The notes: generated by a model not told the origin, from the sequence alone. Counted from the stretch's first letter, positions 50,269 to 60,491 are shown. The stretch: 64,000 nt of DNA from a bacterium (GCA_965216635.1 OZ244188.1:1184001-1248000); one strand, 5' to 3'. Program-made: numbers and translations.

Positions 50269-51280
50269 AAATCAAATCTCGTATAAGTTTAGGACCTTGA
50301 TAGATAAATCCAGTATAAATTTGAAATTCACGGATAGCAAAGAGTTTTTTATATTCCAAAATTTGATTGCGACTAGATATTCCACCGCAAGCTATAATTT
50401 TCCAGTTTTTATGTGAGTATTTTTCTTGTATTATATTCCACAAATTTTGAATAAGTTTGTAAGATAAAGGAGCAAGCAATTCACCACTCAGACCTCCTTT
50501 ATAACACGGGTGTGCTTGGTAAGAGTGCTGCCTACTACTATTGCCAGCCACAAAACCAGTCAATGGATAACTCGCGGAGGATGACGAGGCACAAATTTCT
50601 AAAAACAGAATTAAATCTTTTTTTTCTAGATCAGGGGATAGTTTAAAGTATATTTCTTTTCTCCATTTTTTGCTAAATACAGCTTTTATGATCTCTGCTA
50701 ATTCTCTGGAGGTATTTTTTGAATTTAGGTTAGGACAAGAAATGTTAATTTCCCACCTGTCTCCAAAGTCTTTTAAAACATTCATTGCTTCTAAAATAGA
50801 AGTAGATTGGTTTGTTGCTTGCGGATGACTTGCTATACTGATAGTGACAGGCGAAGAATATGAAATTTTCATTCTTTTCAAATTTTCTGCTATCTGTTTC
50901 ACTCCTACATTAGGTAAGCCCAACCAATTCAGCGTAGAAAGATGCTCTCTTAGTCTCAAAGCTCTAAATTTTGTAGGGTTTCCCAAACAAGGACCCGCAG
51001 TTATGCTACCTACGACTATTCTATCAAAACCAAGATAGCGAAAAAAACGACTAGGAATATTAGCGTCTTTATTCCAACCAGCAGCATTGGAAATTACAAA
51101 ATCTTTTTTATCTAAACTCTTATCGTAAAGCAAAAATTTTGTTAGCTTTAAAGTATCTAAAAGACGGGTCGTAGAAACCATAGATTGATGCGAGTTTTCT
51201 ATATCTTCTTCTTTAAGAAAATGCACATCTCTCCACAATGGATAGATAAAATTTTCTAAAATGCGTCTAGCTAGTTTCAT
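50261..51280 (-). CDS. pyrD: Dihydroorotate dehydrogenase (class 2-like)
   Basis: AAGWNKD, N..G.PN.G, NISCPN, KLSPD, GGLSG, GGI, QIYTGFIYQGP. Confidence 0.9.
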   Translation of the reverse strand: MKLARRILENFIYPLWRDVHFLKEEDIENSHQSMVSTTRLLDTLKLTKFLLYDKSLDKKDFVISNAAGWNKDANIPSRFFRYLGFDRIVVGSITAGPCLGNPTKFRALRLREHLSTLNWLGLPNVGVKQIAENLKRMKISYSSPVTISIASHPQATNQSTSILEAMNVLKDFGDRWEINISCPNLNSKNTSRELAEIIKAVFSKKWRKEIYFKLSPDLEKKDLILFLEICASSSSASYPLTGFVAGNSSRQHSYQAHPCYKGGLSGELLAPLSYKLIQNLWNIIQEKYSHKNWKIIACGGISSRNQILEYKKLFAIREFQIYTGFIYQGPKLIRDLIYG

Positions 51281-51577
51281 AAGGTGGTTCTTGCATATCT
51301 CTTTTCATAAGGTAATTTTTTAGGCATACCTTTTTTCCCATTGTTGAGAATGCTGAATTAGGCAAAAATTTGTAAAAAAGCGGGTATCTTTGACAATAGA
51401 GTAATTTATTTTTAATAGGTTGTCACTACAAATTTTTAGCTGTATTTGTGAGACGACGAGGCAGTTTTTCAGCAATTCTGCTTTTTGGTTGTTTTTGCGG
51501 GGACACATTTTTTGCTTATTTAACCATTTTGGGCAAAAAAAATGTCCCCTGCAGTTTTGTAGTGTTTTTTACTACGA

Positions 51578-52978
51578 TTAAAAACTCAAGTGGAGGGAGA
51601 GGCTGATTACGAGGGGTGCTTTGAGCTCGGCGTCGGTCTCTGTGGTTGTGGTTGTCTGAGTTTCTGTGGCTCCTGCTGGAATCTGGATTTTATTTATATA
51701 TACAGTTCTGCTGTGGACTTGGGTTACTTGCGATCTATGATCGCGTAGAAAAGTTCCGAAGTCTTCTTTGTAGTATGCTCTGACATTAGGGCTAATACGT
51801 ACCCCTATCAATACTGAATCGCCGGGTTCGGTCTGTGTTTCTTCAAAAGGGCGTAACACACTGGGAGTAGTAGTATTATTATTAGTAGTAGTATTATTAG
51901 TAGTAACACTACTTTTTAGAGAAACCCCCGAGATATACTTCGTCAAGCCAAAATTAAGCGACAGGTTGGAGGTTAAGTTTTTCTTATAGCCGACTCTAAG
52001 CGCTGGGCTTGTGGCAGAGCCGCTGGCAGAGCCATTGGTAAGCTTCATACTCGCTAGACCGCCACCTACAAAAAAATCCTCGTTAAAAAAATAATCCGCC
52101 ATAACTACTGTATTGGCGAGTTCGTTAGCTCCCCCCTTGCCAGTAAAGTGCGTCAAGGAGGCTCTCCATTTTTCCCCTCGCCAGCCGAATTGCAGACCAA
52201 TACCAGAAAGTTTATTGCTCTTGCTACTAGTGTTTGTTCTTGGAGCCGCAGGTACAGAAGTTAGAGTTGGATCTGAATCTGGAGTCGCAATCTGATAGTT
52301 TGGAATAGTGGTTCTATCGGAGGAAAGATCACCGAAAAAGTAAGTTAAACAATAACTAGTATCTTGTCCATTATTTCCTGTTCCAGAAGGAAATTTACTA
52401 ACCATCGTGCCAGGTCCAGCCCCTGTGGTGGTCACACTAGTCCCTTCACCTTTACTTGTACCTTCATCAAAGGAGTGCAAGGAAGTACGGTCTAAAGTGT
52501 AAGCTATACCATCCGTTGTAACAGTTGTGGCTCCTGTTTTACAATTTGCTTTCAAAAGAGCTTCTATTCCATTACTACGAACAACACCACTAATCGGAGC
52601 ATCAAAAACCTCATCTGCGTTTACTGTTATCTCTGATGTGATTGCTCCATAGCCGTTATTGCCACTACTTCTATCGATTCTATAGCCTGTAGTAGTAGCG
52701 TCAGTATAGGTTGTGCTATTTGTGGTGACAAGTTTTGTGGTATCTACTTTAAAACCATTTAAATAGACAAAACCCGCGAAAAATCCCGATTTTGTATTAT
52801 TTTGAACCGCTTGTGCCTGCAGATTGCTGCCTCCAAAAGTAAAGGCGCTTCCTATAAGAAGAGCGGGAATAAGAATAGCTGCCAAAACAAAACGAACCAA
52901 AGTAAAACGAGCCAAAACGAAACGAACGTGCGAAAAAGCGAAAGTTTTCCTTAAAACTTGGGAATTTATGTTTTTCAT
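51578..52978 (-). CDS. Outer-membrane beta-barrel protein with long loops, divergent paralog 3
   Basis: GFFAGFVYL, LSGIGLQFGW, FFVGGGLASMKL, GSASGSATSPALRVGY, AELKAPLVISLSLHLSF align with paralogs 1 and 2. Confidence 0.8.
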   Translation of the reverse strand: MKNINSQVLRKTFAFSHVRFVLARFTLVRFVLAAILIPALLIGSAFTFGGSNLQAQAVQNNTKSGFFAGFVYLNGFKVDTTKLVTTNSTTYTDATTTGYRIDRSSGNNGYGAITSEITVNADEVFDAPISGVVRSNGIEALLKANCKTGATTVTTDGIAYTLDRTSLHSFDEGTSKGEGTSVTTTGAGPGTMVSKFPSGTGNNGQDTSYCLTYFFGDLSSDRTTIPNYQIATPDSDPTLTSVPAAPRTNTSSKSNKLSGIGLQFGWRGEKWRASLTHFTGKGGANELANTVVMADYFFNEDFFVGGGLASMKLTNGSASGSATSPALRVGYKKNLTSNLSLNFGLTKYISGVSLKSSVTTNNTTTNNNTTTPSVLRPFEETQTEPGDSVLIGVRISPNVRAYYKEDFGTFLRDHRSQVTQVHSRTVYINKIQIPAGATETQTTTTTETDAELKAPLVISLSLHLSF

Positions 52979-53019
52979 AATTATTTGTAATGAAAAAGTT
53001 AGTGTTAAAATAAAAATTA

Positions 53020-53245
53020 ACAGAAAAAAATAATTTTGTCAATATATTTTTTTGGCTATTGGCAGTTTTTTTTTCTGACTATTTCTTATAAAGAATAATT
53101 ACAGAAAAACACTTTATTGTCAATAGTATTTAGTGGCTATTGGCAGTTTTTTTCTCTTTCTAGCTATTTTTTATTAGAATCACAGAAAAACACTTTATTG
53201 TCAATATTCTATTGGCTATTGGCAGTTTATTTTTCTATTTTAATT
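53020..53245 (-). promoter_or_regulatory. Three tandem 81-bp repeats, each with a TTGACA box
   Basis: Units start at 53020, 53101 and 53182 (ACAGAAAAA...TTGTCAATA...TGGCTATTGGCAGTTT). Confidence 0.7.
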
Positions 53246-53249
53246 GTTT

Positions 53250-54683
53250 TTAGATGGTGATTTTTTTTGGCATTTCTTTAGTATCAAAACAATTTCCATT
53301 CACAACAGTCATTAAATTTTTACCGTATAAATTTTTGCGGTGCAAAAAACCTGAGTGGTATTCTTTGTCTTGTAGGTTTTGAGACATTTTTTTTTCATTT
53401 AATATGCAAGCCTTTGAGGTATCAAAAACCCTAAAATTTGCCATATTCCCAGTTTTGATAGAGCCTACAGGGTAGGCAAAATTAAAGTATTTTTTCATAA
53501 ATTTTAAAATATGCTCCTGTGGATTATAACTTGCCAATCTATCTACTTCTAAAAGATCAAAATTCCAGCGAGATATTAACTGTTGTAGTAAAACACCGTA
53601 AATTTCTAAACAACGGGTGCCGGGGGAACTAGGTAGTCCGTTTTTCCATTGTTTTGCTTGTTTGGAATGCGGGGCGTGATCTGAGCCTATCCAAATATTT
53701 TCTTGGTTTGCTGTTTTTTTAAGCTGCTCTATCAGATATTGTTGCTCTTTTTTAGGGGTATGGGCGGGTCTGCGGTAGTTAAGAAAGCGAGCTTCATCTG
53801 TTTTATCTTCTTGACAGGTAACTAAGTAATCTAAACCAATTTCTATTTCTAAATTTACTTTTCCTCTTTTTTGAAAATCTAAGGCTTGTCGTAGAGCCGA
53901 ACCAGAAGGAATGTGCATTGGAATTAGACTGGCGAGATGGTGTTTTTCTGCCATCCGAAAAACCATTTCTTGTTCTTCTAGCACTAAGGAATGATGAAAA
54001 TAATCGTCGTGTAACAAAGCTGGATTTTTTCCTTTGTAGCTTTTAGCAAATTCTGCCAAACTTATTTCTGCTGGAGCTCTGTCGTTATGAAAACGAATAG
54101 CAGCTTTAGAATGCAATTTATAAATTTTTTCTCTGCTAGCAAAAGAAATATTTTCTGCACCAAAGGTAGTGCCAAAATCTTTGACGCACTGCCCAGCTAT
54201 TGGTGCTTCTTGGGGATGAGCGTAGTGCCAAAGATGAATATAAATGGGATGTTTAATGGAATCTAAAAGGTGGCTTTGATATTGCTGAGTTGTTTTTTCC
54301 CATATTTTTTCGTCTGCTGCTGGGAATGCTGTATTACTCATCGCCCCCACTAACCAAACTCCTCCTTTCAAAGCGGCTAAAATTCCTTGTTTAACTCCAT
54401 AGTTTTTTCTCTCAAGCCAAATAGCTTGCACTAGATCTTGGTGTTTTTTTTTGACGATACCTTTCTGGTAATACTCTTCCCACTCCGAATAGGTTGGAAT
54501 ATAGCTTTCTCTAAAATGCACATGCGGGTCTGCAATGGCTGGAGCAATATCTATTTCTTTTAAATCTAAATCGCAGGCACCCTCGTAGGGCAACAGTTCT
54601 AAAGGCTCACCACTAGCAAAACGAATCCTAGCTGGCACGACTTCGTTTACAAAATGGATTTTTTTACTTTTGAGAATAGTCAT
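53250..54683 (-). CDS. pyrC: Divergent dihydroorotase (amidohydrolase)
   Basis: DPHVHFRE, AALKGGV, MSNT, IGSDHAPH, S.NP, G.I..G..ANF; next to pyrD/B/F. Confidence 0.75.
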   Translation of the reverse strand: MTILKSKKIHFVNEVVPARIRFASGEPLELLPYEGACDLDLKEIDIAPAIADPHVHFRESYIPTYSEWEEYYQKGIVKKKHQDLVQAIWLERKNYGVKQGILAALKGGVWLVGAMSNTAFPAADEKIWEKTTQQYQSHLLDSIKHPIYIHLWHYAHPQEAPIAGQCVKDFGTTFGAENISFASREKIYKLHSKAAIRFHNDRAPAEISLAEFAKSYKGKNPALLHDDYFHHSLVLEEQEMVFRMAEKHHLASLIPMHIPSGSALRQALDFQKRGKVNLEIEIGLDYLVTCQEDKTDEARFLNYRRPAHTPKKEQQYLIEQLKKTANQENIWIGSDHAPHSKQAKQWKNGLPSSPGTRCLEIYGVLLQQLISRWNFDLLEVDRLASYNPQEHILKFMKKYFNFAYPVGSIKTGNMANFRVFDTSKACILNEKKMSQNLQDKEYHSGFLHRKNLYGKNLMTVVNGNCFDTKEMPKKITI

Positions 54684-54800
54684 ACTATTTGCTATTATTT
54701 GCTATTATTTGCTATTATTTATATTAGGGTATAGTATAGCTATAATATCTTATTTTTGTAGAATTTCTTTAAAATTTAGTTCTAGTGTTAAACTACAAAA

Positions 54801-54875
54801 CGGGGTGTAGCACAGTCTGGTTAGCGCACCTGCTTTGGGAGCAGGGAGTCGGAGGTTCGAATCCTCTCACCCCGA
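54801..54875 (+). tRNA. tRNA-Pro(TGG)
   Basis: CGGGGTG/CACCCCG acceptor stem; CCTGC-TTTGGGA-GCAGG anticodon arm; GTTCGAATC T-loop. Confidence 0.96.
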
Positions 54876-54946
54876 TAGTAGAAATGGTTGGATAGATTAA
54901 TTAAATTAGATAGATTACTAGGCAAACATTGGGTTTAATAAAAAAA

Positions 54947-55020
54947 GCACCTGTAGCTCAGCTGGATAGAGCAACTGACTTCTAATCAGTAGGTCAGAGG
55001 TTCAAATCCTCTCAGGTGCG
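54947..55020 (+). tRNA. tRNA-Arg(TCT)
   Basis: GCACCTG/CAGGTGC acceptor stem; ACTGA-CTTCTAA-TCAGT. Confidence 0.96.
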
Positions 55021-55048
55021 CTTTGTTTCCTAATAATGTTTAGTTTAC

Positions 55049-55122
55049 GGCGGACGTAGCTCAGTTGGTAGAGCGCTGGATTGTGATTCCAGTGGTCGCG
55101 AGTTCAAGCCTCGTCGTTCGCC
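55049..55122 (+). tRNA. tRNA-His(GTG)
   Basis: G-1 plus GCGGACG/CGTTCGC; CTGGA-TTGTGAT-TCCAG. Confidence 0.95.
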
Positions 55123-55129
55123 CGTTTGA

Positions 55130-55203
55130 GCGCCTGTAGCTCAGCTGGATAGAGCAGTGGACTTCGAATCCAAAGGTCACAGGTTCGAATCCTGTCAGGC
55201 GCG
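55130..55203 (+). tRNA. tRNA-Arg(TCG)
   Basis: GCGCCTG/CAGGCGC; TGGA-CTTCGAA-TCCA. Confidence 0.93.
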
Positions 55204-55219
55204 CGATTTTTTGTACAAT

Positions 55220-55305
55220 GCGAGAGTGGCGGAACTAGGTAGACGCGCTAGATTTAGGATCTAGTATCTTCGGATGTGGGGGTTCGATTCCCTCCTCTCG
55301 CACCA
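55220..55305 (+). tRNA. tRNA-Leu(TAG)
   Basis: GCGAGAG/CTCTCGC; CTAGA-TTTAGGA-TCTAG; long variable arm; encoded CCA. Confidence 0.96.
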
Positions 55306-55532
55306 TAATTTTGAGATTATTTTGACAAGGATAACAAAGTTTAATAGCATAAAACACTCAATTTGTTTTTCACTTAAAAGAAAAAGACATTCCTATCCGC
55401 GTTGTTAAACAAACAATAAAACATTTAGGGATTTCTGAAAAAGAATTTTTTAAAAACCTAACATAGTCAAACAAAGTTTTATTGACAACTCAATTTCGCT
55501 CTTAAAAGCAAAAAATTTAAAAAAAAATTAGA

Positions 55533-57032
55533 ATGAAATCAGAAATCATATCCACAAAGGGCTTAAAAAGAGAGCTCAAAGTTATAGTTCCTGCGTCTGT
55601 TGTTAAAGAAACCTCAGACAAATTGTATCAAAACTTGAAAAATAAGGTGTCTATTAAAGGTTTTCGTAAAGGTAAATATCCAAAATCTTTACTGGAAAAA
55701 AGATTTTCGGAAAATATTCAGCAAGAAATGAAACAAGAAATTGTGCCAGAATATCTCACCCAAGCGTTACAAGAACATAAATTGAGAGCGGTGACCCAAC
55801 CTAAAATAGATGCTAAAGAAGTATTAAAAAATCAGTCTTTTGAATTTATGGCTTCGTTTGAAATTTTCCCAGAGTTTCCGATTCCAGATTTTAAAAAAAA
55901 AATCCAATTGAAAACAGCAAATATAAAAATACCACCTCAAGAAATAAAAAATTACGCCAATCTTATCAGTTTGCAAAATACTCAATACGAAGAAAAAATA
56001 AGGAAAGTTAAGGATAAAGACCAAGTCAATATTCAGCTTCATTTTCAAAAAATAGGAAAAAATAAAGAAGATAAAAAAGTGCATATTTTCTATTATGTGG
56101 GCTCTAATGAAATATCTGAGGAACTAGATAAGGCTTTAATTGGGATGAAAAAAGAAGAGAAAAAAGAATTGAAACTGAAGGTGTCTCCTCATACTCTTTC
56201 CAGAGATATTGCAGGAAAAGAAATTCAATTGGAAGTTATGCTGCTAGCTGTTGCAGAGCCATTGTCGGTTGTAAAAGACGAGAAATTTTATCAAAAAATA
56301 AACCCTGCACTAAAAAACGCAGCAGAGTTAATGAAGTTTAGTGAAAATTCTTTAAAGATTGCGAGAGAAAAAGATTTAGTAATTCAAGAACAAGAGTTTA
56401 TAAGATCTCAACTTTTAAACCTTATGGATTTTGCAGTCCCAGAAGAATCTCTTCAAGATAAGATAGAAGCTATAGAACAACAAAAAGCGCAAAATAATAA
56501 AACCGCAGATTCACCTAATGATGAAACAGATCCAGATAAGACAGAACCAGATAAGATAGAGCCAAATAAAACAGAGCCAAATAAAACAGAACCAGATAAG
56601 ACAGAGCCAGATAAGACAGAGCCAGATAAGACAGAGCCAGATAAGATAGAGCCAGATAAGACAGAGCCAAATAAGACAGAACCAGATAAAAAAAAACCTG
56701 CAGAACCAAATAAGACAGAACCAGATAAGATAGAGCCAAATAAGACAGAGCCAAATAAGACAGAACCAGAAAAATCTCAAAAGACAAAGCAAGAAGCGTT
56801 AGATAGTTTGAGGTATCAATTTTTGATGGCTAAAATAATAGAAGAAAAAAAAATTCAGGTAAGCAACGAAGAAATGGACGAAGGCATAAGGCAAATGGCT
56901 AAATCTTACGGGATAACCTCTGCTCAACTCATGCAAGATGAGTATGGCAAGAAGTTATCAAATATACTTCGCAATCAGCTAGAAGAAAATAAAGTTTTAG
57001 ATTTTATTAGAAAAGAAGCCACACGAGTCTAA
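55533..57032 (+). CDS. tig: Trigger factor, with a repeat insertion
   Basis: [10 protein letters not shown] ribosome-binding motif, FKBP-like middle domain, position upstream of clpP/clpX. Confidence 0.93.
   Translation: MKSEIISTKGLKRELKVIVPASVVKETSDKLYQNLKNKVSIKGFRKGKYPKSLLEKRFSENIQQEMKQEIVPEYLTQALQEHKLRAVTQPKIDAKEVLKNQSFEFMASFEIFPEFPIPDFKKKIQLKTANIKIPPQEIKNYANLISLQNTQYEEKIRKVKDKDQVNIQLHFQKIGKNKEDKKVHIFYYVGSNEISEELDKALIGMKKEEKKELKLKVSPHTLSRDIAGKEIQLEVMLLAVAEPLSVVKDEKFYQKINPALKNAAELMKFSENSLKIAREKDLVIQEQEFIRSQLLNLMDFAVPEESLQDKIEAIEQQKAQNNKTADSPNDETDPDKTEPDKIEPNKTEPNKTEPDKTEPDKTEPDKTEPDKIEPDKTEPNKTEPDKKKPAEPNKTEPDKIEPNKTEPNKTEPEKSQKTKQEALDSLRYQFLMAKIIEEKKIQVSNEEMDEGIRQMAKSYGITSAQLMQDEYGKKLSNILRNQLEENKVLDFIRKEATRV
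56526..56774 (+). repeat. About 16 x 15-bp in-frame tandem repeat ([TI]EP[DN]K) in tig
   Basis: ACAGAGCCAGATAAG-type units, interrupted once by KKP. Confidence 0.95.
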
Positions 57033-57625
57033 TGAATATACCCTATGTAATAGAGCAAAACAACCGTGGTGAAAGAGCCTATGATATTTATTCGCGTCTT
57101 TTAAAGGATAGGATCCTTTTTTTAGGTAGTGATTTAAATTCTTACACTGCGAATCTCATCGTAGCACAAATGCTTTATTTAGAAGCAGACAATCCCGAAG
57201 CAGATATTAGTTTTTATATCAATTCTATGGGAGGGCATATTGCAGACGGGCTAGCGATCTACGATACTATGCAATACATAGAATCCCCTGTGCAGACGAT
57301 TTGTATAGGTAGGGCTTATAATATAGCAGCTTTATTGTTGGCGAGCGGTCAAAAAGGTAAAAGAATTGCTTTAAAAAATGCACAAATCCTACTGCACCAA
57401 CCACTTGGAGATCTGCGTGGGCAAGCGTCCGATATACAGATACAAACCCAAGAGGTGCTTCGTATTAAAGAATCTTTTTCTACAGTTCTAGCACAGCATA
57501 TTGGAAAAAAAATTACTGAAATCAATAAGGATTTAGACAGAGAATTTTATTTGAGTAGCAAAGATGCCTTATCTTATGGTGTTGTGGATAGAGTGATGGA
57601 AAAGCGATTTATTAAAAATAAATGA
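57032..57625 (+). CDS. clpP: ClpP-family subunit, probably non-catalytic (ClpR-like)
   Basis: [27 protein letters not shown]; catalytic Ser position reads N (GRAYNI). Confidence 0.9.
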   Translation: MNIPYVIEQNNRGERAYDIYSRLLKDRILFLGSDLNSYTANLIVAQMLYLEADNPEADISFYINSMGGHIADGLAIYDTMQYIESPVQTICIGRAYNIAALLLASGQKGKRIALKNAQILLHQPLGDLRGQASDIQIQTQEVLRIKESFSTVLAQHIGKKITEINKDLDREFYLSSKDALSYGVVDRVMEKRFIKNK

Positions 57626-58863
57626 TAAAAAAAAAAACAATGCACACAAAAAACATACTAAAATCGCAGAGAAAATGCTCCTTTTGTGAAAGACAAGAGA
57701 CAGAAGTAAAGAAAATGATAGCAGGCACGGATGCCTATATCTGTAACGAGTGCGTTAAGTATTGTAGTGATATTTTATACGAGAAAAAACAAACCAAAAA
57801 TTTCGCACTGTTAAAGCCCAAAGAAATTTATCAGAAACTCAACGACTACGTAATCGGACAAAAGGAGACCAAAAAAACATTAGCAGTAGCAGTTTATAAT
57901 CATTTTAAAAAAATTATGCATAATAAAACAGATGTAGAGCTACAAAAATCCAATGTGCTTTTGATGGGTCCTACGGGCAGTGGTAAAACTCTTCTAGTGC
58001 AGACTTTAGCAAATATTTTGAATGTCCCTTTTGCCATCGCCGATGCGACAACTCTTACAGAGGCTGGTTATGTTGGTGAAGATGTAGAAAACATTCTCGT
58101 TAAACTTTATCAAAAAGCAGATTGCAACGTAGAAAAAGCAGCTAAAGGGATTATCTACATAGATGAGATAGATAAAATCGCTCGCAAAAGCGAAAATATG
58201 TCCATTACCCGTGATGTCAGCGGCGAGGGAGTGCAGCAAGCATTACTCAAAATTATTGAAGGCACTAGTGCTAATATTCCTCCTCAAGGAGGAAGAAAAC
58301 ATCCCAATCAAGATTTTATCACTATAGACACAACCAATATTTTATTTATCCTAGGAGGGGCTTTTGTGGGGTTAGAAGAAATCATTAGCCACAGAGTGGG
58401 AGAAAAAAAAATCGGTTTTATCAAAAATCTTAAAAAAGAGAACAAAAAGCAAGAACTATTCAAGCAGGTAGAATACGGGGATTTAGTCAGGTATGGTTTA
58501 ATTCCAGAATTTGTAGGCAGGCTAGCAACAGTGAGCGTTTTGGATAGTTTGAGCGAGACAGATCTAGCCCATGTTTTAACAGAGCCTAAAAACTCTGTTG
58601 TCAAGCAGTACCAAAAATTACTAGAACTAGACGGGGTAGAATTAGAATTTGAACCTGTAGCGATTAAGGAAATAGCCAAAAGTGCTCTTAAGAAAGGAGT
58701 AGGAGCAAGAGGCTTAAAAGCCATTATGGAAAAAATGATGCTAGAATTGATGTTTGTAGCACCTTCCAGTAAAAAAATCCAAAAGATTCTCATCACAAAA
58801 GACTGCATTCAAAAGGAGAGCATACCTGAAATACTACCAGCCACAAGAAAAAGAAAATCGTAA
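57622..58863 (+). CDS. clpX: ATP-dependent Clp protease ATPase ClpX
   Basis: CSFC...ICNEC zinc finger, [30 protein letters not shown] loop, GARGL. Confidence 0.98.
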   Translation: MIKKKTMHTKNILKSQRKCSFCERQETEVKKMIAGTDAYICNECVKYCSDILYEKKQTKNFALLKPKEIYQKLNDYVIGQKETKKTLAVAVYNHFKKIMHNKTDVELQKSNVLLMGPTGSGKTLLVQTLANILNVPFAIADATTLTEAGYVGEDVENILVKLYQKADCNVEKAAKGIIYIDEIDKIARKSENMSITRDVSGEGVQQALLKIIEGTSANIPPQGGRKHPNQDFITIDTTNILFILGGAFVGLEEIISHRVGEKKIGFIKNLKKENKKQELFKQVEYGDLVRYGLIPEFVGRLATVSVLDSLSETDLAHVLTEPKNSVVKQYQKLLELDGVELEFEPVAIKEIAKSALKKGVGARGLKAIMEKMMLELMFVAPSSKKIQKILITKDCIQKESIPEILPATRKRKS

Positions 58864-58948
58864 AATTCACGCCTTGCAAAGAATAGAAAGTTTATGTAAA
58901 GCAGTAAAGGGTAAAAAATTAACCTACAAACAACTTATACAATAAAAT

Positions 58949-59881
58949 ATGAGTAGCGCCTGGGCTGGTTTGCAAAATAATATAGGGATAACAGAAATTC
59001 CACATTATGCAATCAATAAAACAATTCCAGAAGATACTTTTTTTACAGAAAAGAAAGTAGCTTATTCTTGTTTTAATAAATTTAAAGATATTTGTAAGAA
59101 AAATAAAATAAAATTAAAGGATTATTATTTTATAGAGCCTAGCGTCGGGGATGGTTGTTTTTATGATTTACTTCCCAAAAATAAAAAAATAGGAATAGAT
59201 ATAAAAACTAGAAAAGATTATTTTCTAAAAACCGATTTTCTCAAATGGTATCCCGCAAAAGAAAAAAAATATATTGTAATAGGCAATCCACCTTTTGGGG
59301 TGAGAGGAGCATTAGCTCTTGCCTTTATCAAAAGAGCATTCCTTTTTGCTGATATTGTCGCATTTATATTACCTATGTCTTTTTATAGCAATGGTAAGGG
59401 TAGCAATATGAAAAGAGTTGAAAATGCTTTTTTATTACACAACGAAAAGCTGAATAGTAATTCTTTTTATCTGCCAAATACCAATAAAAATATAGGAGTA
59501 AATACCGTTTTTCAGATTTGGAAAAAAGGCAAAAAGAAAAATGTTTTTACTGATTACGATGTTAGTGATTTTGTAGATATTTTTACAGTTTGCTCTTCTC
59601 CTGCAAGACTTTGTGGATTACATAGAATAGGCAAGTATGATTGCTATATTGCGTCTTCTTTTTATAAAGATAAAATAAAAATAGTTAAAACTTTTGAGGA
59701 AGTAAATTATGGTTCTGGTTATGGTATTATTATCAAAAAAGAAAAAGGAAAAATTAAGAAAATTTTAGAAAATACAGATTGGGTTAAATACTGTTCTGAT
59801 GCTACAAACCATTGCAAGCATATAAGAATGTTTCATATTAGAAAATGCCTATTTAATAATGGAATAGGTATAAAGTTATGA
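58949..59881 (+). CDS. N6-adenine DNA methyltransferase (gamma-class motif order)
   Basis: FFT, IEPSVGDGCF, GNPPFG, AFILP.SF. Confidence 0.85.
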   Translation: MSSAWAGLQNNIGITEIPHYAINKTIPEDTFFTEKKVAYSCFNKFKDICKKNKIKLKDYYFIEPSVGDGCFYDLLPKNKKIGIDIKTRKDYFLKTDFLKWYPAKEKKYIVIGNPPFGVRGALALAFIKRAFLFADIVAFILPMSFYSNGKGSNMKRVENAFLLHNEKLNSNSFYLPNTNKNIGVNTVFQIWKKGKKKNVFTDYDVSDFVDIFTVCSSPARLCGLHRIGKYDCYIASSFYKDKIKIVKTFEEVNYGSGYGIIIKKEKGKIKKILENTDWVKYCSDATNHCKHIRMFHIRKCLFNNGIGIKL

Positions 59882-60491
59882 ATGACAATATTGCAGAAAA
59901 ATTACTTCTCAATCTTTTAGAAAAGAGTGTTTTTGTTATCAATCAAAAGTGGTTGGATTCAAAATTTTTTATTATGAAGCAAATATCTAATACTGAAAAA
60001 GGAGATATTGCAGAGGATTTTTTAGCAGACGCATTAAAGCAAAATTGGCTATAAAAAAATAGAAATAAAGAAAGGTAGACTGGGGCAATGGGATGTTTCT
60101 TTAGATAAAAAAAGTGTTTTTTGAAGTAAAAACTGCTACTCAAGATACTAATAATAATTTTCAATTTAATGGAATTAGATACGATACAAATTATACTCAT
60201 TTATTTTGTTTAGGAATATCTCCAGATAATATTTATTATTTGATAGTAGAAAAAGAGGCTTTGGGGAAAGATAATCATAAGATGGTATCTATGGCAAAAG
60301 GCTCAAATGCTTCTTTTAAACTAACAAAAACCATAGAGAATTTAAATTCTTTTAGTAAATTTAGCGACAATATTGAAAAGATCTTATTTGGATTAAGAAT
60401 AGATAATTGGAACTATAAAAATGAAAAAAAGCAAAACCATTTTTTCCAAAGAAAAAAATGTCGTCCTGCAACGCAAGATAGCCCAAACTAA
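59878..60491 (+). pseudogene. PD-(D/E)XK restriction endonuclease with two +1 frameshifts
   Basis: ATGA-coupled to the MTase. Frame 1 ...KGDIAEDFL, frame 2 GYKKIEIKKGRLGQWDVSLD, frame 3 FFEVKTATQD...FQFNGIRYD. Confidence 0.75.

Noticed and set aside
54685..54720. 3 x GCTATTATTT upstream of pyrC, and about 26-bp repeats at 20936-21010, as operator arrays
   Set aside because: They cannot be distinguished from the general slippage duplications seen across the window.
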